Assembly (NCBI GenBank): GCA_012026655.1
Contig: JAAILG010000090.1
Location: 62,001-126,000 of the forward strand
Source: Hydrolagus affinis
Lineage: Eukaryota
DNA length: 64,000 nucleotides
Direction of reading: 5' to 3'
A model generated the notes under the pieces. It did not search any database, had not been told where the DNA came from, and worked only from the letters and a program-made list of their open reading frames with translations. The translations under genes were made by a program, and so were the position numbers. Position 1 is the first letter of the stretch. Every line of letters starts with the position of its first letter. Below are positions 27,041-41,300 of this stretch, one piece after another.

Positions 27041-28255
27041 ACACACGAAACGTCACAATTCACACTTCACAGCACTATTTTGAAGCAACTTGGAAGTGCT
27101 TTAGTTCTTTATGGAGCATGTTATGTAAACGGGTAAGACTGTAAAGATTCAATCTCAGTCCTTCAAGGTGGTAGTGTCATAACCTCTGCAGCAAGAATGT
27201 TTCTCACTGGATTTCAGTGCTCTATATTTTTACTTGACATTAACCGTATGTATCTTTTAACACAATGTGAATCTTTACAGCTTTCGGACAGCGAGGTTAT
27301 CCTGGTGTAAATTATCCTGTTGCAACATTATTTGTCCTTAGACAACATGAATGCACATTTATTACTGATCCCGGGGCCACATGGCTGTCACAAGATGGAC
27401 CAAAAACAGGTGCATTGCAAATACCAATAGTCAGACTTAGTCCAGACAATCTTGACTCTACAGCCACTAAAATATTTATAGTTTGTCGGCACTGTATAAT
27501 TTATGCCAAATAATCTATGGGATATTTTGTAACTGTGATCAGTTATAACCAAAACCAATGGTATAATATTAAAGCCACATACCACTCACAGGATAACGTG
27601 TACAGTATCTGCTTTTAAATCTTCCTCGAATCCTGACAAGAACAGTTGACAGACAATTTATCTGAAACACTCTAGTTTTCTATCTCCTGCCTACCTTATT
27701 AACTCTTTAATACATTAACTCTTTAACTCTTTAATGAGAAGAATCATTCAGATACATAAATCTGCCCATTTAATTTCATCCATCCAGCCTACCAACTTTC
27801 ACTCTTCCATCACAGCATCAAAGTGGATCCATAAATTTTGGGTCCAATATTCTGGGAAATGTAAGATTATCAGAAAAGGCAATCTTAGTGGAGCTCAAGG
27901 TAGCAAATCTTCCTCAGAAAAAACAAATGGAAGTGTTAGAAAGGCCAGATGGGGAAGCATTGCTTGCCCTTGAGACACATGCTCCTGCCACCTGTGTGTG
28001 TTATTGCATGTAATTTTTAATTATTTCTCTGGATGTTAATAAGTAGGTCGATTATAGGACAGTGTTGCAGAGATAAGCATGTGTAAACTGCGTGGTAAAT
28101 TATGGCTGAAACAACTGGTCGTGTGTTATGGCCCTCAAAGTGTAATGATAAATGGTTTGATTTGATGACACAAAATAGTGACATAAACTTTTATTAAATT
28201 GTGTTTAACAGAACCTTTACCTGACTGAATAAATAGAATTCATGTCCCAACTTAC

Positions 28256-28434
28256 TCGTCTCCTATGTAGATGCCTGGCCAGACTTCATTGACATGTGTA
28301 TACTTTGCAGATCCCTTCCAGAAGAGACGCTCCAGCTCAAATGCACCTGGCGTTGCATAGTCATCATTGGGGTTGACTTTCACAGCCGAATAGGCATTTT
28401 TTTTCTTCTGGATCTGGATCCCTGTGGTGGACAT
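28256..28434 (-). CDS. DUSP29: DUSP29 (DUPD1) first coding exon
   Basis: ATG at 28434; [75 protein letters not shown] is characteristic of recalled DUSP29. GA|gtaagt donor. Confidence 0.93.
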
Positions 28435-31400
28435 CGCCGTGCTCTGATGTTCTGAGGTACAGTATGTGGTTACTTGTTCAGGTGTTGTTGCCCCAGATTT
28501 TTGGTACAAAATAACCTCAGGTAAAAAGATGAAACCAAAGACCTCTAGTTACAATCTGACCTCTTGGAAACGGCTTAATTTCCTATGTAGCTCACAGTAC
28601 CTCTTCAGGATTACTTATATTTAATATGTAATATGATCTTTGATGTACAGTGTTGTTATAAAGAAAGGGGAAAGCAGAGAACATAATACATTCGGTGTGT
28701 AACAATGGGGTCTAATTAACAATTTCACAGTGTGGTACAACCTTTTTCAGCACATCATTCCTGTGTGTGTCTCCTTTTCTTGAGTAAATGCTTCCCTTTT
28801 CCAGCTTCTTGAGCCCATTATCAGTATTGAACATGCATCAAATCCAAGGTAACACCTCCTTATTCCTTCCCATGATAATCCATCTTAACTCCACCCTCAG
28901 AAGAGCTTATCACTATTGATAATACCCTACTTACGACAGGTCCTAGCAGAAAAAATCATTTTGTCAGCCTTCCTTCCCCCACCGTTTGGAACTTTATCCC
29001 ACGGTACCTTTTCCTCGCTCCCTCCCTTGCGTCCTTCAATACTGTACTTCCTCTTCGACCACCCCTTTGGTCATCTTCCTACCCATACCCTCCCCGCTCT
29101 CTATCCCCTCTTGATCCCAGCTCCCTAGTTCGGGTACAAATCTTTGACTTTCCAGTGTTTTGGGATGTCCTCCCCATACAAATGTAATTTAATGTTGTTT
29201 TGGGTGATGAATTTTTTTTAAAAAAATCTATGAGTAACAGTGGAATTAATGTATTGGGAGCGTATGTATGAGGTGCTTTAAAAAGAGAGTGAAGAACACT
29301 GAATTATTACCAGTCTACTAACGATTATGGATAAGTGTTGGGAGCACTTTAATTTACCTTGCTTATGGTAGACTTTTTCGAAAGCTACCAAATAAGAGTG
29401 TGTAGTATTTCGGTGTATTCGTATTGACTATAATTCAGATCAGTTTAACTCTAAACTCTCAGAATCTGTAACTCAGATTCTATCTTGTGCTTCTGCATAA
29501 ATTATCAGTGTTCACTGCCATGTGCTCAGTCACTGGAATACCTACTGAACATGAGCTTTCGCGGCTTGATTTAGAAGCACAGATTTGAAATAAGTTTGAA
29601 GCTATAATTAGGACACAACTGCAGTTAAAGCAAAAAGCTTCAGCGAAGTGTCACACAAACAATTTCTAGTAAAGAAATATATATGTTTTGTAAACTCTAT
29701 ATGGGTTCTGAAAGCAGTTGAGGGTGTTTTTAATATAAAACACTGACCAAAATGAACAAGCTATCATTGCTGAGCTAACAATAATGTTATTATTCCAACA
29801 GACTGACAGTGATAAACACAAATTGTAAAGCAAGTGAGCAGAAAGCTTGTCCCTCTTTGGTACTTACAGAAATGTTCTGTCCGGTTCTGAGCGTGGGTCT
29901 GTTGCCAAGCTTGAGGTATTGCTTCTTCCTCTACTTGTCTCTTTCTCTCTCTCTCTCTCTTTCGTTCTGGTGTATTTCAATCTGGGAACTGCTAACTTTG
30001 ACCTTTTTGTGGTTGTGGCTGGGTTGGGTCCGGGCAAGATTAACGCTGCACAAATGTAGTATTTGTAACTATTTTTATCCCTGACCTGAAACTTTAACCT
30101 CCAATGCTGTTTGCTGACTGTGGCTCTGCACAATTCCACACCACAGCAGACAGTTGTCCCATTTGTACATAGCCGCTGAACAAGAGCTTCAAGTTATGGC
30201 ATGAACTCAGATGTAACAAAGTTTACAAACTTTAATCCTGTTTAGAGAATATCTCTGAAGAGGAGCAATAATAATAATATTCATAATAATAATCCTTGCA
30301 TTTGATATTGTGGGGACCTGGAGATCAAAAATGTTTAGAGCACTCGCCTTGCAAGCAAGGGACATACAAACAAGGGCACCGGCAACTCAGAGTAAAGAGG
30401 GTAAAGAAAACATCAGCCAGCATTCTCAATCTTGACAGTTATCTACTTATCCGTGTTAGAAAGTGTATATGTGGATTTAGGGTACGGGTAGGACTGAGTT
30501 GACTTGTGATATGCCCCCACTACCACCCACATACATACACACAAATGCGGTCATTTTGTCTGCTGAAGCACATTGCCTAAGATTACATACATGATCATTT
30601 TAGTGAGATACTGTGGGTCCATTAAAAGAATCTCTTAAAAGAGGCTCAACTTAAGGATTTCCATAATACTAGCTGCTCTGAACGACTAAGTAAATAAAGT
30701 AAAGCAGGTGGAATTTCTACCTGGTGGTTTCTTCACTTTTAGGTTCAGAAGCAGTGTGGCCCTCGAAGGGATCTGAAGCTTCACCACCCGTTAATGTGAA
30801 CTCGCCTTCGCCAGAGATTGCGTTACTGCTAAGCACTGAGAATGTCCATCGGAGACTAGTCAAGCAGCTAAAGATAAGAAATCTCTGAGGTCAGGGGATC
30901 AAATGACTCATTCAGAACCATATGTATTTGTGTGCATTGAGATCCTTTCAACTTCCAAATTAAGTGAAGGCAAAAGTTAAATACTTCAAACAAAATGGTA
31001 AAGTAACTGCAAAAGCAAATACAAGATAAAATGCAACACCTACATATGTAATTCGTAATAAAATTATCAGTGCAGGATTTTTTATTCCATTACTATTCAG
31101 AATGGAAGGTTGTGTCCATTTGTATGCTTGAATCCTGAATATGCATGCAATAATATAAATAATATCAACACTTATATGCACAGATGTGCATCCTGCGAGT
31201 CCAGTGATTTGTAATTTAACTCCCTGGACAAGGCAACACTGACATTGAGATGTGACTTTCAATTCCCACATGTTGTTGGAACGATTCCATGTCAACTACA
31301 TGCATTGATACTTTTAGTTCTCTCCAGCCTGTTTATGTGCAATAGGTGTAAAGAGAGATTTACCACCAAAACCTAGGCTAAAACCCATCGCTTTAGCAGC

Positions 31401-32958
31401 ACATTCATCCCCCAACCCATCTCCCCAATTCCAGGCGACTGTGTAAAGTAGTTTGAGAGGTCCCCTCGACCTGAAAGGCACTGTTGAATGTACATTTTTG
31501 TTGTTGAACATAATTTACTAGTAGAACATTTACATTACTTTATGAAACCACCGATTGTTGATTTGCCTGGGGCTAGGTAGCGTTCTGACAATGGAAAACT
31601 AAAGTGCACCATTCTGAGTTGAACTTCTATTTGTATTGGTAACAAGCAAAAGTACAGTTCATATAAAGACCTTGCAATGTGTGAAGTTGACAAATAGTAA
31701 GCGGTTGCACAGCAACAGCTAAACATGATCCAACTGGATATTTCATGATGAGGTATCAGTATAATGGTCCCAGTGGCTCAAGGGCAGTTGTGTTCAGCAG
31801 TTGGTCACGGATATTTAATAACCTAATTCTTTCTCATGTTCCCAGTTGTCTAGCCTGGGCTGGTGGAGAGTATGAGGTTTCAAGTGGTGAAAAAATATTA
31901 CAAGTGTAATTTTGTTGTTGTTGTTACCTAGTGACTTTATCAGTGTGTACTTTAACAAAAGGAAATTCACTCTCAAAGCACATTTTACTTTTTTCAGAAT
32001 TTTACTTTTGGCTTTTAATGCTTTTGAAAAGAAACTTGCAACTCTCTTTATACCCACTACGTATCTTCAAAAAGCATTCACTGTGAATATTTTACACTCA
32101 AGTGTGGACCTGGTGAAGATGTACAATATCAGAGAACCAATTTTGTGGGAACAAACAAACAAAATCAAGTCATCTCAAGGGAGTCTATTCGGCTATGGTT
32201 ACTGAGTGTAGCTAATTGGAACTCCTACCATAATCCCAATTTGAAAGGTCTGCCATATTTAGTGAATGGAGCAGAATAAGCCCCCTTGTGTTCAAGAATC
32301 TGATGATGAAAAAGTTCTGTACTTATCAAATGGTTCATATCTCTGCAATAAAATGATATGTACTTTTAATAACATTAGTTATTAGCAGCAACTCAATCGA
32401 ACTTTGAATCCATCAAACACCAAGTCTGTGGAGAATGTAATTTTAACCTCCATGTGGGTACAGTATATTGATATAAGAGCCAATGTTAATTTCAATGTTG
32501 GTTTAAAGTGAGGGATAGAGTAGCCAGCATATTAGGTGAGAGAGAATAAAGACGATTTATTGGTTGTCAAATGGAAGTTTTGTATTTGAGTAAGGAGATA
32601 CATAACTCTTGGGAAAGAAACGTGCAAAGTTGTATATACAGTATCACAAGTTGTTATATTTCAAAAATGTTTTGAATAGTTTGATATGAAGAAACAGACG
32701 TGTTAGCTTTGGAATTAACAACATTTTGATATTCTGCAATATGTTTTCTCATATTTGTATTGAACTTGATAGAAATGCTATGTGTTGGGATTATTTATGT
32801 CTGACTCCTTCTCACCATACATAGAAAGCCTGCTTCAAGACAAACCTCCAGGTTAAGTACCCAGGCAACAGGGTGAAGCCCTTTGAGACGTTTACGCGAC
32901 ATGAAAGGTGCTGAATAAATATAAATTGCATTTATATTGTATTGATGAACATTAATTG

Positions 32959-33261
32959 AATAATAATAATAATCCGTACATTTGATTTAGTGCTTTTCAC
33001 ATCTTCTAGACGTCTCAAAGCGCTTCACCGAATAAATTGTAAAGTGAATTGACTGTATATTTGCGGGCGAAACATGGCAGCCATTTTGCACACAGCAGTG
33101 TCCTAGAAACAATCATGGATTGACCAATTTATTATTGGTTTTGTTTGGAGGGATTATTATCAGGCATGTGGAGTAAAGAACCTTGCCCAAGATTTCGCCC
33201 TGACCTGCCGGGAATTTACCCCAGGTCTCTTGCTTCTAACCACTGAGCCACAGGACTCCAC
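32959..33261 (-). mobile_element. tRNA-derived SINE, near full length
   Basis: Reverse complement of the 26609 element: gtggagtcctgtggctcagtggttag head and (att)n tail. Confidence 0.85.
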
Positions 33262-33299
33262 AATGTACATCGGCATCAAATTTGATTTAGAAAATCATG

Positions 33300-33305
33300 T
33301 TTATT
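33300..33305 (-). terminator. Candidate DUSP13B polyadenylation signal
   Basis: AATAAA on the minus strand about 580 nt after the stop codon. Confidence 0.35.
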
Positions 33306-33885
33306 CCAAAAAAAATCATGAACACAATCTCCTCACAACCTTCACCAAGCAGATTCCAGCCACAGTGCAAATTACAGACAGCACCACATTGCCAAGACAG
33401 AGTTAAAGAATAATAAACAAAACACAAAATACAGTACTGCATTTGAATTGACAATGAATCTTTGTCATTGGTAGTTAATTATATTATTGAAGGCAATTCC
33501 TTCTGTACATGTATTACACATGGATCAAAGAACTTGCATAATAGACCTCAGAATGAAAGGGTGCAGGTATGTCACTACCATTATCCTCATTGTGAGCATC
33601 TGATCTTACCAAAAATTACAATTGAATTACACAGGGTTTCCATAAGTCTCAGTACTTTGAAATTCAACTCAAACAATAGGCTAAGATCTCCAATCTTCAA
33701 TCAAACCATTTCAATATTTCAATATTATAGGCTAGACTAAATAACTTCCCACTCCAGTGGGCAAGTGGGACCAAACTTGATTTCAAATACCAGCAATTAA
33801 TTCATTGCTTTATCACACAGCATTGCTTTCCAAGGAGATGATGGACAGATGTTTTGCATTCACTTTAAGCTGTGACAAGTTGGAG

Positions 33886-34085
33886 TTATCGCTTCCTTTC
33901 TTGCATTAGGGACCTGTCAAGCTCCTGCAGTTGGCCGAGGAAGCCGGCATTTGGTGATGTATGTCTGTGAGGGCTCACGGCTGTAACTGCTTCAACAAGA
34001 GTCATCTTTTCACAGATCATTAAAAAGGCAAAGACCAGAGTGGCTGCACGGCTCATTCCCATAGCACAGTGAACAAACACTCTAC
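33886..34085 (-). CDS. DUSP13B: DUSP13B last coding exon with HCAMGMSRAA
   Basis: ttttcctttccag acceptor; RVFVHCAMGMSRAATLVFAFLMICEKMTLVEAV, where AFLMICExMTLVEA matches recalled TMDP. Spliced CDS is 603 nt = 200 aa. Confidence 0.92.
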
Positions 34086-35944
34086 CTGGAAAGGAAAATG
34101 ATCCATGTGATGCACCAGAAATTACATTAAGTACATTGTATGAGAAGACCAAAAATGTAATTGAATTACTCACATTTTATTTCACTGTATTTGATAGAAA
34201 CAAGTCTGGAAAAGGAGATAGTTTGTATTGTCCTTAATAACCCTATAAAGAAGGATGTTTCTCCCTGTGTCCTGTCTAACCATTCCCCAGATAAAACTGG
34301 TTGCTCACTCCGTGGGCGTTTGTGGGATATTGTTGTGAGCAAATCGGCTGCCCCTTTCAACCACAAAATAGTCTGCGCCTTACCACATATCCTACGAAGT
34401 GCTTTGAGATGTTTTGGCAACATGATAAGATACTGTATCAAGTGGAATGTAGGATTATGTATTATTAACCTTAAACATTATTGTTTCTAGTTGAATTTTT
34501 TTAATTAACGTAATATTTTTGAAAGAGTTTAAAGGTGCAATGGGTGGGATTGCGTACTGCAGTGGGTTCATGTATTTCTGCTCTGAGATGTGTGTTTTAA
34601 TTCAGAATAAGAATGATAACCTCTCTCGTGTTGGCTGTAAATAAAATGACTTGATCATAGATAAAATGTTACCTAAACTGAACATTGCTCAGTTGGAGAC
34701 ATGCAGAGTAGTCTTGCCCTGAAATAAATGCCTGTAAAATCCCTTTGTTTAAAATTAAGAAATGACCTGTTTAAATGAACTTACAAATTATTTGGTTACA
34801 CAGTTCTGATTTTAAACTTGTCTATAGTGGGCAGTGAAGTGGAGCCCAAACACACAGTTGTGATTGTTGACTTGGGCACAGACACCCAAACTAAAAGGTT
34901 TGGCTTTGATTTAGACCAGAGGAATATGTTACACATGGGAGCTAATTAGATCAAATTTCATCCACACACAAAGGCTTTCATATATCCAATTTCACGCATT
35001 ACAATTGAATTGTTTGCTGTTTGCTCGAGTTAATTTGTATTGAGCCTGAATCATGGGGATTAACCACGAAACAGCTTGAGATGGTGCTGAGTATTTGCAT
35101 TGTGGCCATACTGTAAATATAAAACTCTCATCGCCTTGTGCATTGATGTCATTATATTCACATGCTGGTCCATCTTGTGTGACTTTCTGTCATGAATGTC
35201 CAAAGATAATGCACTTATAGACATAAGGCACTCTATGAGCACTCTAATGGTTATGCATGCTGTTTATATGACATTTGTGTGTAGACTACCCAGGAGAAAA
35301 CAGCAGCTATTAAGGAAGCCCACATGGTGGATTGCTAGACAGAAGGGATGAAGCATTTTGATGGCCACATCTTCAATTATTCTAATACTCCAAACAGCGA
35401 GAGGTATTGTCTTTACTCTAACTCCATCTGCTTGCAAGTGCCTGACGTTTGCCAACGTCCCAAGGCATTGGCTCGCTCCCACTCATTCAGTGCCTTTGTC
35501 CCGGACCCCCTTTCTCGTCTATTCTTACCATATGTCCGCGGTGTGTGTTTTATAACACAGACAGGGATTAGACTTCCAGCAAATCTGTTAATGACTTGCT
35601 AAAAGATAGCGCTGTGGAGTGGGAGGGAGGTGAAGCCACGGTTCTTGTTATATTTTGACTGTCTTACTTTTCATCTCAATCCTTTTCTTTTTGTGGGGGT
35701 GCATTAAAATGCTATCTCAGATATACATACCCTATAGGTTACACCCACCTGCCTACTTTAATATATTTTTCAGTGTCCACCCAAATATACATGTTTTTCT
35801 GTTAATTGTACAGTATTCAAAAAAAGTCCTCCTCTAGTGTTAGTTACTATTCCATAATATTAGTTACATGGTGCATTATATTGCAGGGTTTGTTTTGCTT
35901 GGTGTTTCCTATTCTTAAACCAACCTCAGAGAAATAGCAATAAT

Positions 35945-36150
35945 TAATAATATTAATAATAATCCCTGCATTTGATATAGCGCTTTTCACATCTTCTAGA
36001 CGTCTCAAAGCCCTCACAGAATATACTGTAAAATGAATTGCCTGTATATATGTGGGCGAAACACGGCAGCCAATTACGCACAGGAGTGTCCCACAAGCCA
36101 TTGTGGATTGAAATGACCAATGTATTATTGGGGTTTTTTTTGTTGAGGGA
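35945..36150 (-). mobile_element. 5'-truncated copy of the same SINE
   Basis: Tail tgcatttgatatagcgcttttcacatcttctagacgtctcaaag plus body. Confidence 0.8.
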
Positions 36151-37254
36151 TTGTCATGATCCTCACGCTTCCTATCCCCAGGCAAATCAACAATTAGTGG
36201 TTTTATAAAGTAATGTCAGAAGAAGAGAGAAACGTGAATAGAAGGGTACAGGAGGAGGTAGCGAGAGGGACTTAGGAGGAATGGAGGCTCATATGGAATG
36301 TAAACAGTCGCACAGACTAGATATGCCAAATAACCTTTTTCGGTGTTGCTAGTCTTTATAATACTGTTAATGATGAGCAAGTTAACACTGAGGAAAATCA
36401 ATGTGTCGTTTGGCTGAACCATAACTTTAAACAATTAAGAAATGAGTCCAAGAGCTCCCCTGATGGCTTATTGGGAAAACTGTGTTGAGTTACCTGATCT
36501 CAGATAGTTCAGCAGTTGAGCTGCTACAATTAACTTCAGAGCCCCTGGATTTAAGCAGAGAAAAACATCTACACCCAATCATTCCCCAGCCTGGAAGAAG
36601 ATCATTTTGTCTTCAAATATCAGATTGCGTAGAATTCCAGTTTTAATTTGGAAGCTGGTTCTCTTTTAAGAACAGTGGATGAACAGATCTCAAATTCTGG
36701 TTGAAATTAAGAATTTTCCATTATCCTGCGCAGTCTTAAGTTTTAAGACAAAGTGGCCACGTGGGCTTAGACTAGATGGATTTTGGGCCTTACAAGTGGT
36801 GCAGATCCTTTGCTTCTGTGGACATAACCAAGTTCTCATTAACAGCAATTTGTGACTCTTCCTGAGACAGGTCTGTACAACAGCTGGACCTATCTTTTGG
36901 CATCTTGATACCAGTGAGAGCAGAAAATTAGATGCTGAGTCACTCAAACTGCCAACCTGTCTGTACATGGACGGTCCCTCCTGTGCTGAACCTAAGGGAT
37001 AACTACTGACCCCTGACACAGAAGATGAGCTGTTTTTTTATACTTGTGTCGGGCAAAATTCCGATTTGTTCCAGTGTGTCAAGGATCACTTAACCCCACG
37101 GGCATCACAAGTATTTCTTAATTACTTGGTCTATTACAAATGGAAATAGGACAGAAATGAAGGACAGCCAGGGGAGGAAGACATATGGAGCGAGGGTTCA
37201 TTGAGCTTCTATTAAACAACATTGCACATCGACTGTCAGAGAACATCTACGTAC

Positions 37255-37475
37255 CCCCAGGTGTGTTCAAACCAGCTCGGATGAATTTTGCAGCTGGGTA
37301 AAAAAAGACACTGAGATTGAAATCTGGGCTATCAAATGCCTCGATTCCATAGTAATGTATTAGCATGTCTTTATAGTAGTCCGCTCCTGTGTTGATGTTG
37401 AACTTTCCATGGGCAGCATTGAGAATGTGCGTGATCTTCAATCTCTGGAGAGTGGTTTTGTCTCGAGCAGTCCAC
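37255..37475 (-). CDS. DUSP13B: DUSP13B second coding exon
   Basis: tttttaccag acceptor, G|gtacgt donor, 221 bp; [34 protein letters not shown]...[29 protein letters not shown]. Confidence 0.92.
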
Positions 37476-37549
37476 CTGGTAAAAAGGGCTATCAGTTCTT
37501 TCAGCTTTTGGGTAGCAAATGGCTTGGTTGGCCAATTTAATAGTAATAG

Positions 37550-37730
37550 TTATAATAATCCTTGCATTTGATATAGAGCTTTTCACATCGTCTACAAGTC
37601 TCAAAGCGCTTAACAGAATATACTGTAAGTGAATTGACTGTTTATTTATGGGAGAAACGTGGCAGCCAATTGCGCACTGCAGTGCCCCACAAACAGTCGT
37701 GGATTGAAGTGACCAATTAATTATTGGTTT
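37550..37730 (-). mobile_element. 5'-truncated SINE copy in DUSP13B intron 1
   Basis: Same tail and body motifs. Confidence 0.8.
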
Positions 37731-38124
37731 TCACTTCTCACAGGAACAATGGGAGGAAAATTGCTTAATTCTTTTTTAAAAAATCAATGGCTAATTAAGG
37801 TGGTATCTCTCTAACTAACAGCCCACAAACCATGAGCTGGAATTCTAAAGTGTGGATGGTCGGCTTTTGTAAAATTAAATCAATGCAAAGGGTACAGATT
37901 GGGGGTAGGACAAAGGAGAGCAATAATATGAAAAATTGATGCAATACAACAAAAAATAAAATTACATTTATAGAGCACCTTTCACGTTGGGAGGACGTCC
38001 CAAAGCACCAAACAGTCAGGGTTTGGGTTGATGGCCACTTTAAGCGACTGAATATTGTGTTATTCCTAGTCTCTATGTGGTAAAGGTAAATAAGCTTTGT
38101 GGGTTATGTATTGCATTTACTTAC

Positions 38125-38306
38125 GCATCTCCCAGGTAAAGGTTTGGCCAGACTTGATCAACGTGCCCAGATTCTGCTTTTGTCCAGAGGAGGCGCTGGA
38201 GGTCAGACAAATTAGGAGGTTCATAATTGTCTTCACTTTCACTCTTTAATACAGAAGGTAGTTTTGATCTTGATGCAAATCCCCTGTCTGTCTCTTCCCA
38301 AGACAT
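38125..38306 (-). CDS. DUSP13B: DUSP13B (TMDP-like) first core coding exon
   Basis: MSWEETDRG...YEPPNLSDLQRLLWTKAESGHVDQVWPNLYLGDA resembles recalled TMDP YQPPTLASLQRLLW. GC|gtaagt donor; an AG acceptor lies 1 nt upstream of the ATG. Confidence 0.88.
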
Positions 38307-41300
38307 TCTGAAACATGTTGCACATCATTATTGTTATACAAATGTAATTCTGTTGTTGTTATTTTTCATTCTTGAAAACGAAACTTTCTTTTGTTTTCCA
38401 TTTTAAAATGTTAATTTATTACACATACAATTACAGATACTAAAATATTGACCCTTGAATACCCTCACCTATTATGTGTTATTATTGTTCCTCACAGTAG
38501 AAGACTCGGTGTGTCTATTAACTTAACTTTGACTCTTTGCTTTTGGATTCAAGTGTACATTGGAACATTCAAAAGTACTCCAATCAGTTCTTTGACCTTT
38601 ATTTTGTCTTGTCACTAACAAAACTAGATATGACTAGGTATGAATTGCATCTCTTTATATCCGATATGTTACCCACTTCCTTCAGGCAATCGTTAACAAT
38701 TTGATACCTCTGGCTTTTACATAGAAATACGGTATGGTTGACAGATGGGCAGCAGTCTGCATTGTGCCGATTAAGTTATTCTACCTCCCATTTTAAATGC
38801 AACGACCCCAGTTATGATTTGCTTCCAATTTCCCTTCTCCAGCCTCAGCTCACCATTTCCTCATCTCTCAGTGCATGGATAAGTGAAGTGTGCTCCTCTT
38901 TACTTGGCATCTATATTTCCACCAGGATTTTGCAATGCACAGGAGGGGGCTGTGTTTGGGGGGCAGTGGGAGGTAGAGTTAAATGGGTTATCATTTGGTG
39001 AATGATGGGTGAAAATCGTTCAGGAATTCCTTATACAGTACCTCAGAGTTGAAATACACTGCCCTATGGTGCCTTTAGTGATGTTTCATCGTGTCTATGT
39101 AAAGGGATTTCCATTATTATGACAATGTGCACTAATGTTCGCCTCCAGCAAATGTTAACAACAGCCTAAATCATCAAAGTAGCTGCACTTGGTCGCACAA
39201 GAAATTTTAGCTTAAACTTAGATTTGACATTCTCATACTGTACCATTTAGTAAAGCATAAAAGAAGTGGCTTTAGACAATTTGAAATATTCCCCTGTTGC
39301 ACCAATCTTTCTTTCTCAGAGCATACTCTTGTCTATTATAAATTGCAGAGTCACAACAAGATTAGAAGAAATTATTCCTTTTCATTTCTTATTGTACAAC
39401 ATTCATTGAGTCTGGGTGCTCGAGCATGAAAACCATGTGTTCAGACAATTACATGGCAATCTTTTCCCAAATAACATGTAGACTTACACAAAAATCTGTT
39501 TCAGATCCTGCCTGTGTGGAAAGGGTTTTTTGTTGTGCATCAGTCTCCCTTGGTATTTCCACTGATTCGCTTTCTCATTGAAATCTAATCTTAGAAATGC
39601 TCATGAGCAGACTAGAGGGGAACATAAAGCTTGGAACTCAAAGGATAGCTGTTATGTAAAATGAAAGTGGTCACATTGGTGCAGTAGAACGTTCTCCTCA
39701 GGTTCTCATTAAGACCTTTGACTTTAACCAAGCTTATGGTCAACTACCCCTCCCTGCAGCCCAGTGTCAGGCTCCGCTACGATTCAACTCTCTGAGACGA
39801 TATCCTGCGTGAAGGACGCCATTTCAATGCAAGTTGTTGTATTAATTCATTGTTCATGATTAGGGGACAAATAATTGCTCACGTGTTCTGTATGAAATGT
39901 GTCTGCTGTTTCACCACCAGCAATTAAAACAGACCTCATGAGGTAGAATTCATCACTCTCAATTTGCAGTGGTAGAATTCCCCCCTCATAATCATTGCCA
40001 GACCTTCCTGACTTCCATATAATAATAATAGTCCTTAAATTTGATATAGCGCTTTTCAAGTCTTCTATACGTCTCAAAGCACTTCACAGAATATACTATA
40101 AAGTTAATTTGACTGTGAATTGACATATCTGCAGCATGCATACATACTTGTTCCCCTGTATATAAAACCTCAGAGGTTAAAGATAAGTTGCTAGGGTAGT
40201 GAGGAAGCAGTTAAAATTTACGTCTGATTTTTTTCCTGCACCTTATTTGGGAGCACTTGTTGCTAACACTTGGAACAGAAAGTGAAAAACTATTCTGTTC
40301 TCCTGCAGAAGCTGAGAACCCAAGACACAGCCAAGACTTTTATTGGTGACAGGAGATCTGCTGACAGATAAGAAAGTTTTGGCGCTTTGCTAGGCTTCAT
40401 AAATTAAATAGCAAGTGCTGTGCATTCAATTCTTGGACTGTCTCACATTTCTAAATCAGTGTGTGCTGTCAGCTTGTAATATTATATTTATCATGTGCAC
40501 AATTAATGAAGAATGAACAATAAAGCTTCCTCGATAATAGTATTTAGAAGAACAGAGTTCATCCACACACGTGACAATATCAACCATGGTAGAAAAATAA
40601 ATTTGAATAGACAACGACATGGTCAACAAAGCCGAGAAGCATAAATGAGTGCTGAACTCAACAGAAAGCAATAGAATTAGGCTAGATGGAATTTAGAAGA
40701 ATTTTACCCTTTTGAGCTCTTTTGTTCACAAGTTCCTTTCTAGGGTGATAAAGACACAGCAGGCAATGCACTGGCACACTAATGGCAGATGTGGATTTAT
40801 GGCTTAGTATCTTACACTTTCTGGAATTCCAATCCAATGGAATTGCCATCTTGAGGAACATTGAAATAGAGGTCAACCTGGTGCTTCTCTTCTCAAAGGG
40901 AAGGATGGAGAGAGTTTGCCTTCAGGTTGAACTTCCAACCCTCCCACAGCTAGTTCTCCAAAAGCGCTGGATGCCTGACCATTTGGATATTGGATGGTAT
41001 ATAACAAGTTCATTGGACTAAGAAGAAAGGGAAAACTTCAAAAAATTGCTTATTTGACAAGACAACTTATTTTGTTGGCTTCACTGTTTTGCTTTACTAA
41101 GCTATGATAATATTATTATTATTATTAATATTATTATCAAATGGCCAGAAGATGTGTTAAAGCGCTATATCAAATGCAATAATAATAATAATTATTATTA
41201 TTATCAACTGGCCAGAGCACCCAAAACAATGGAAGAGGAGATTAGGATATTAGGAGAATAGCGTTTTGTGAGGAATTGTTCAGTTTGGGAAATCATATGA

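Noticed and set aside
35264-35602. Cluster of short ORFs in DUSP13B intron 2
   Set aside because: Probably a decayed retroelement remnant; no splice-consistent frame or confident motif.
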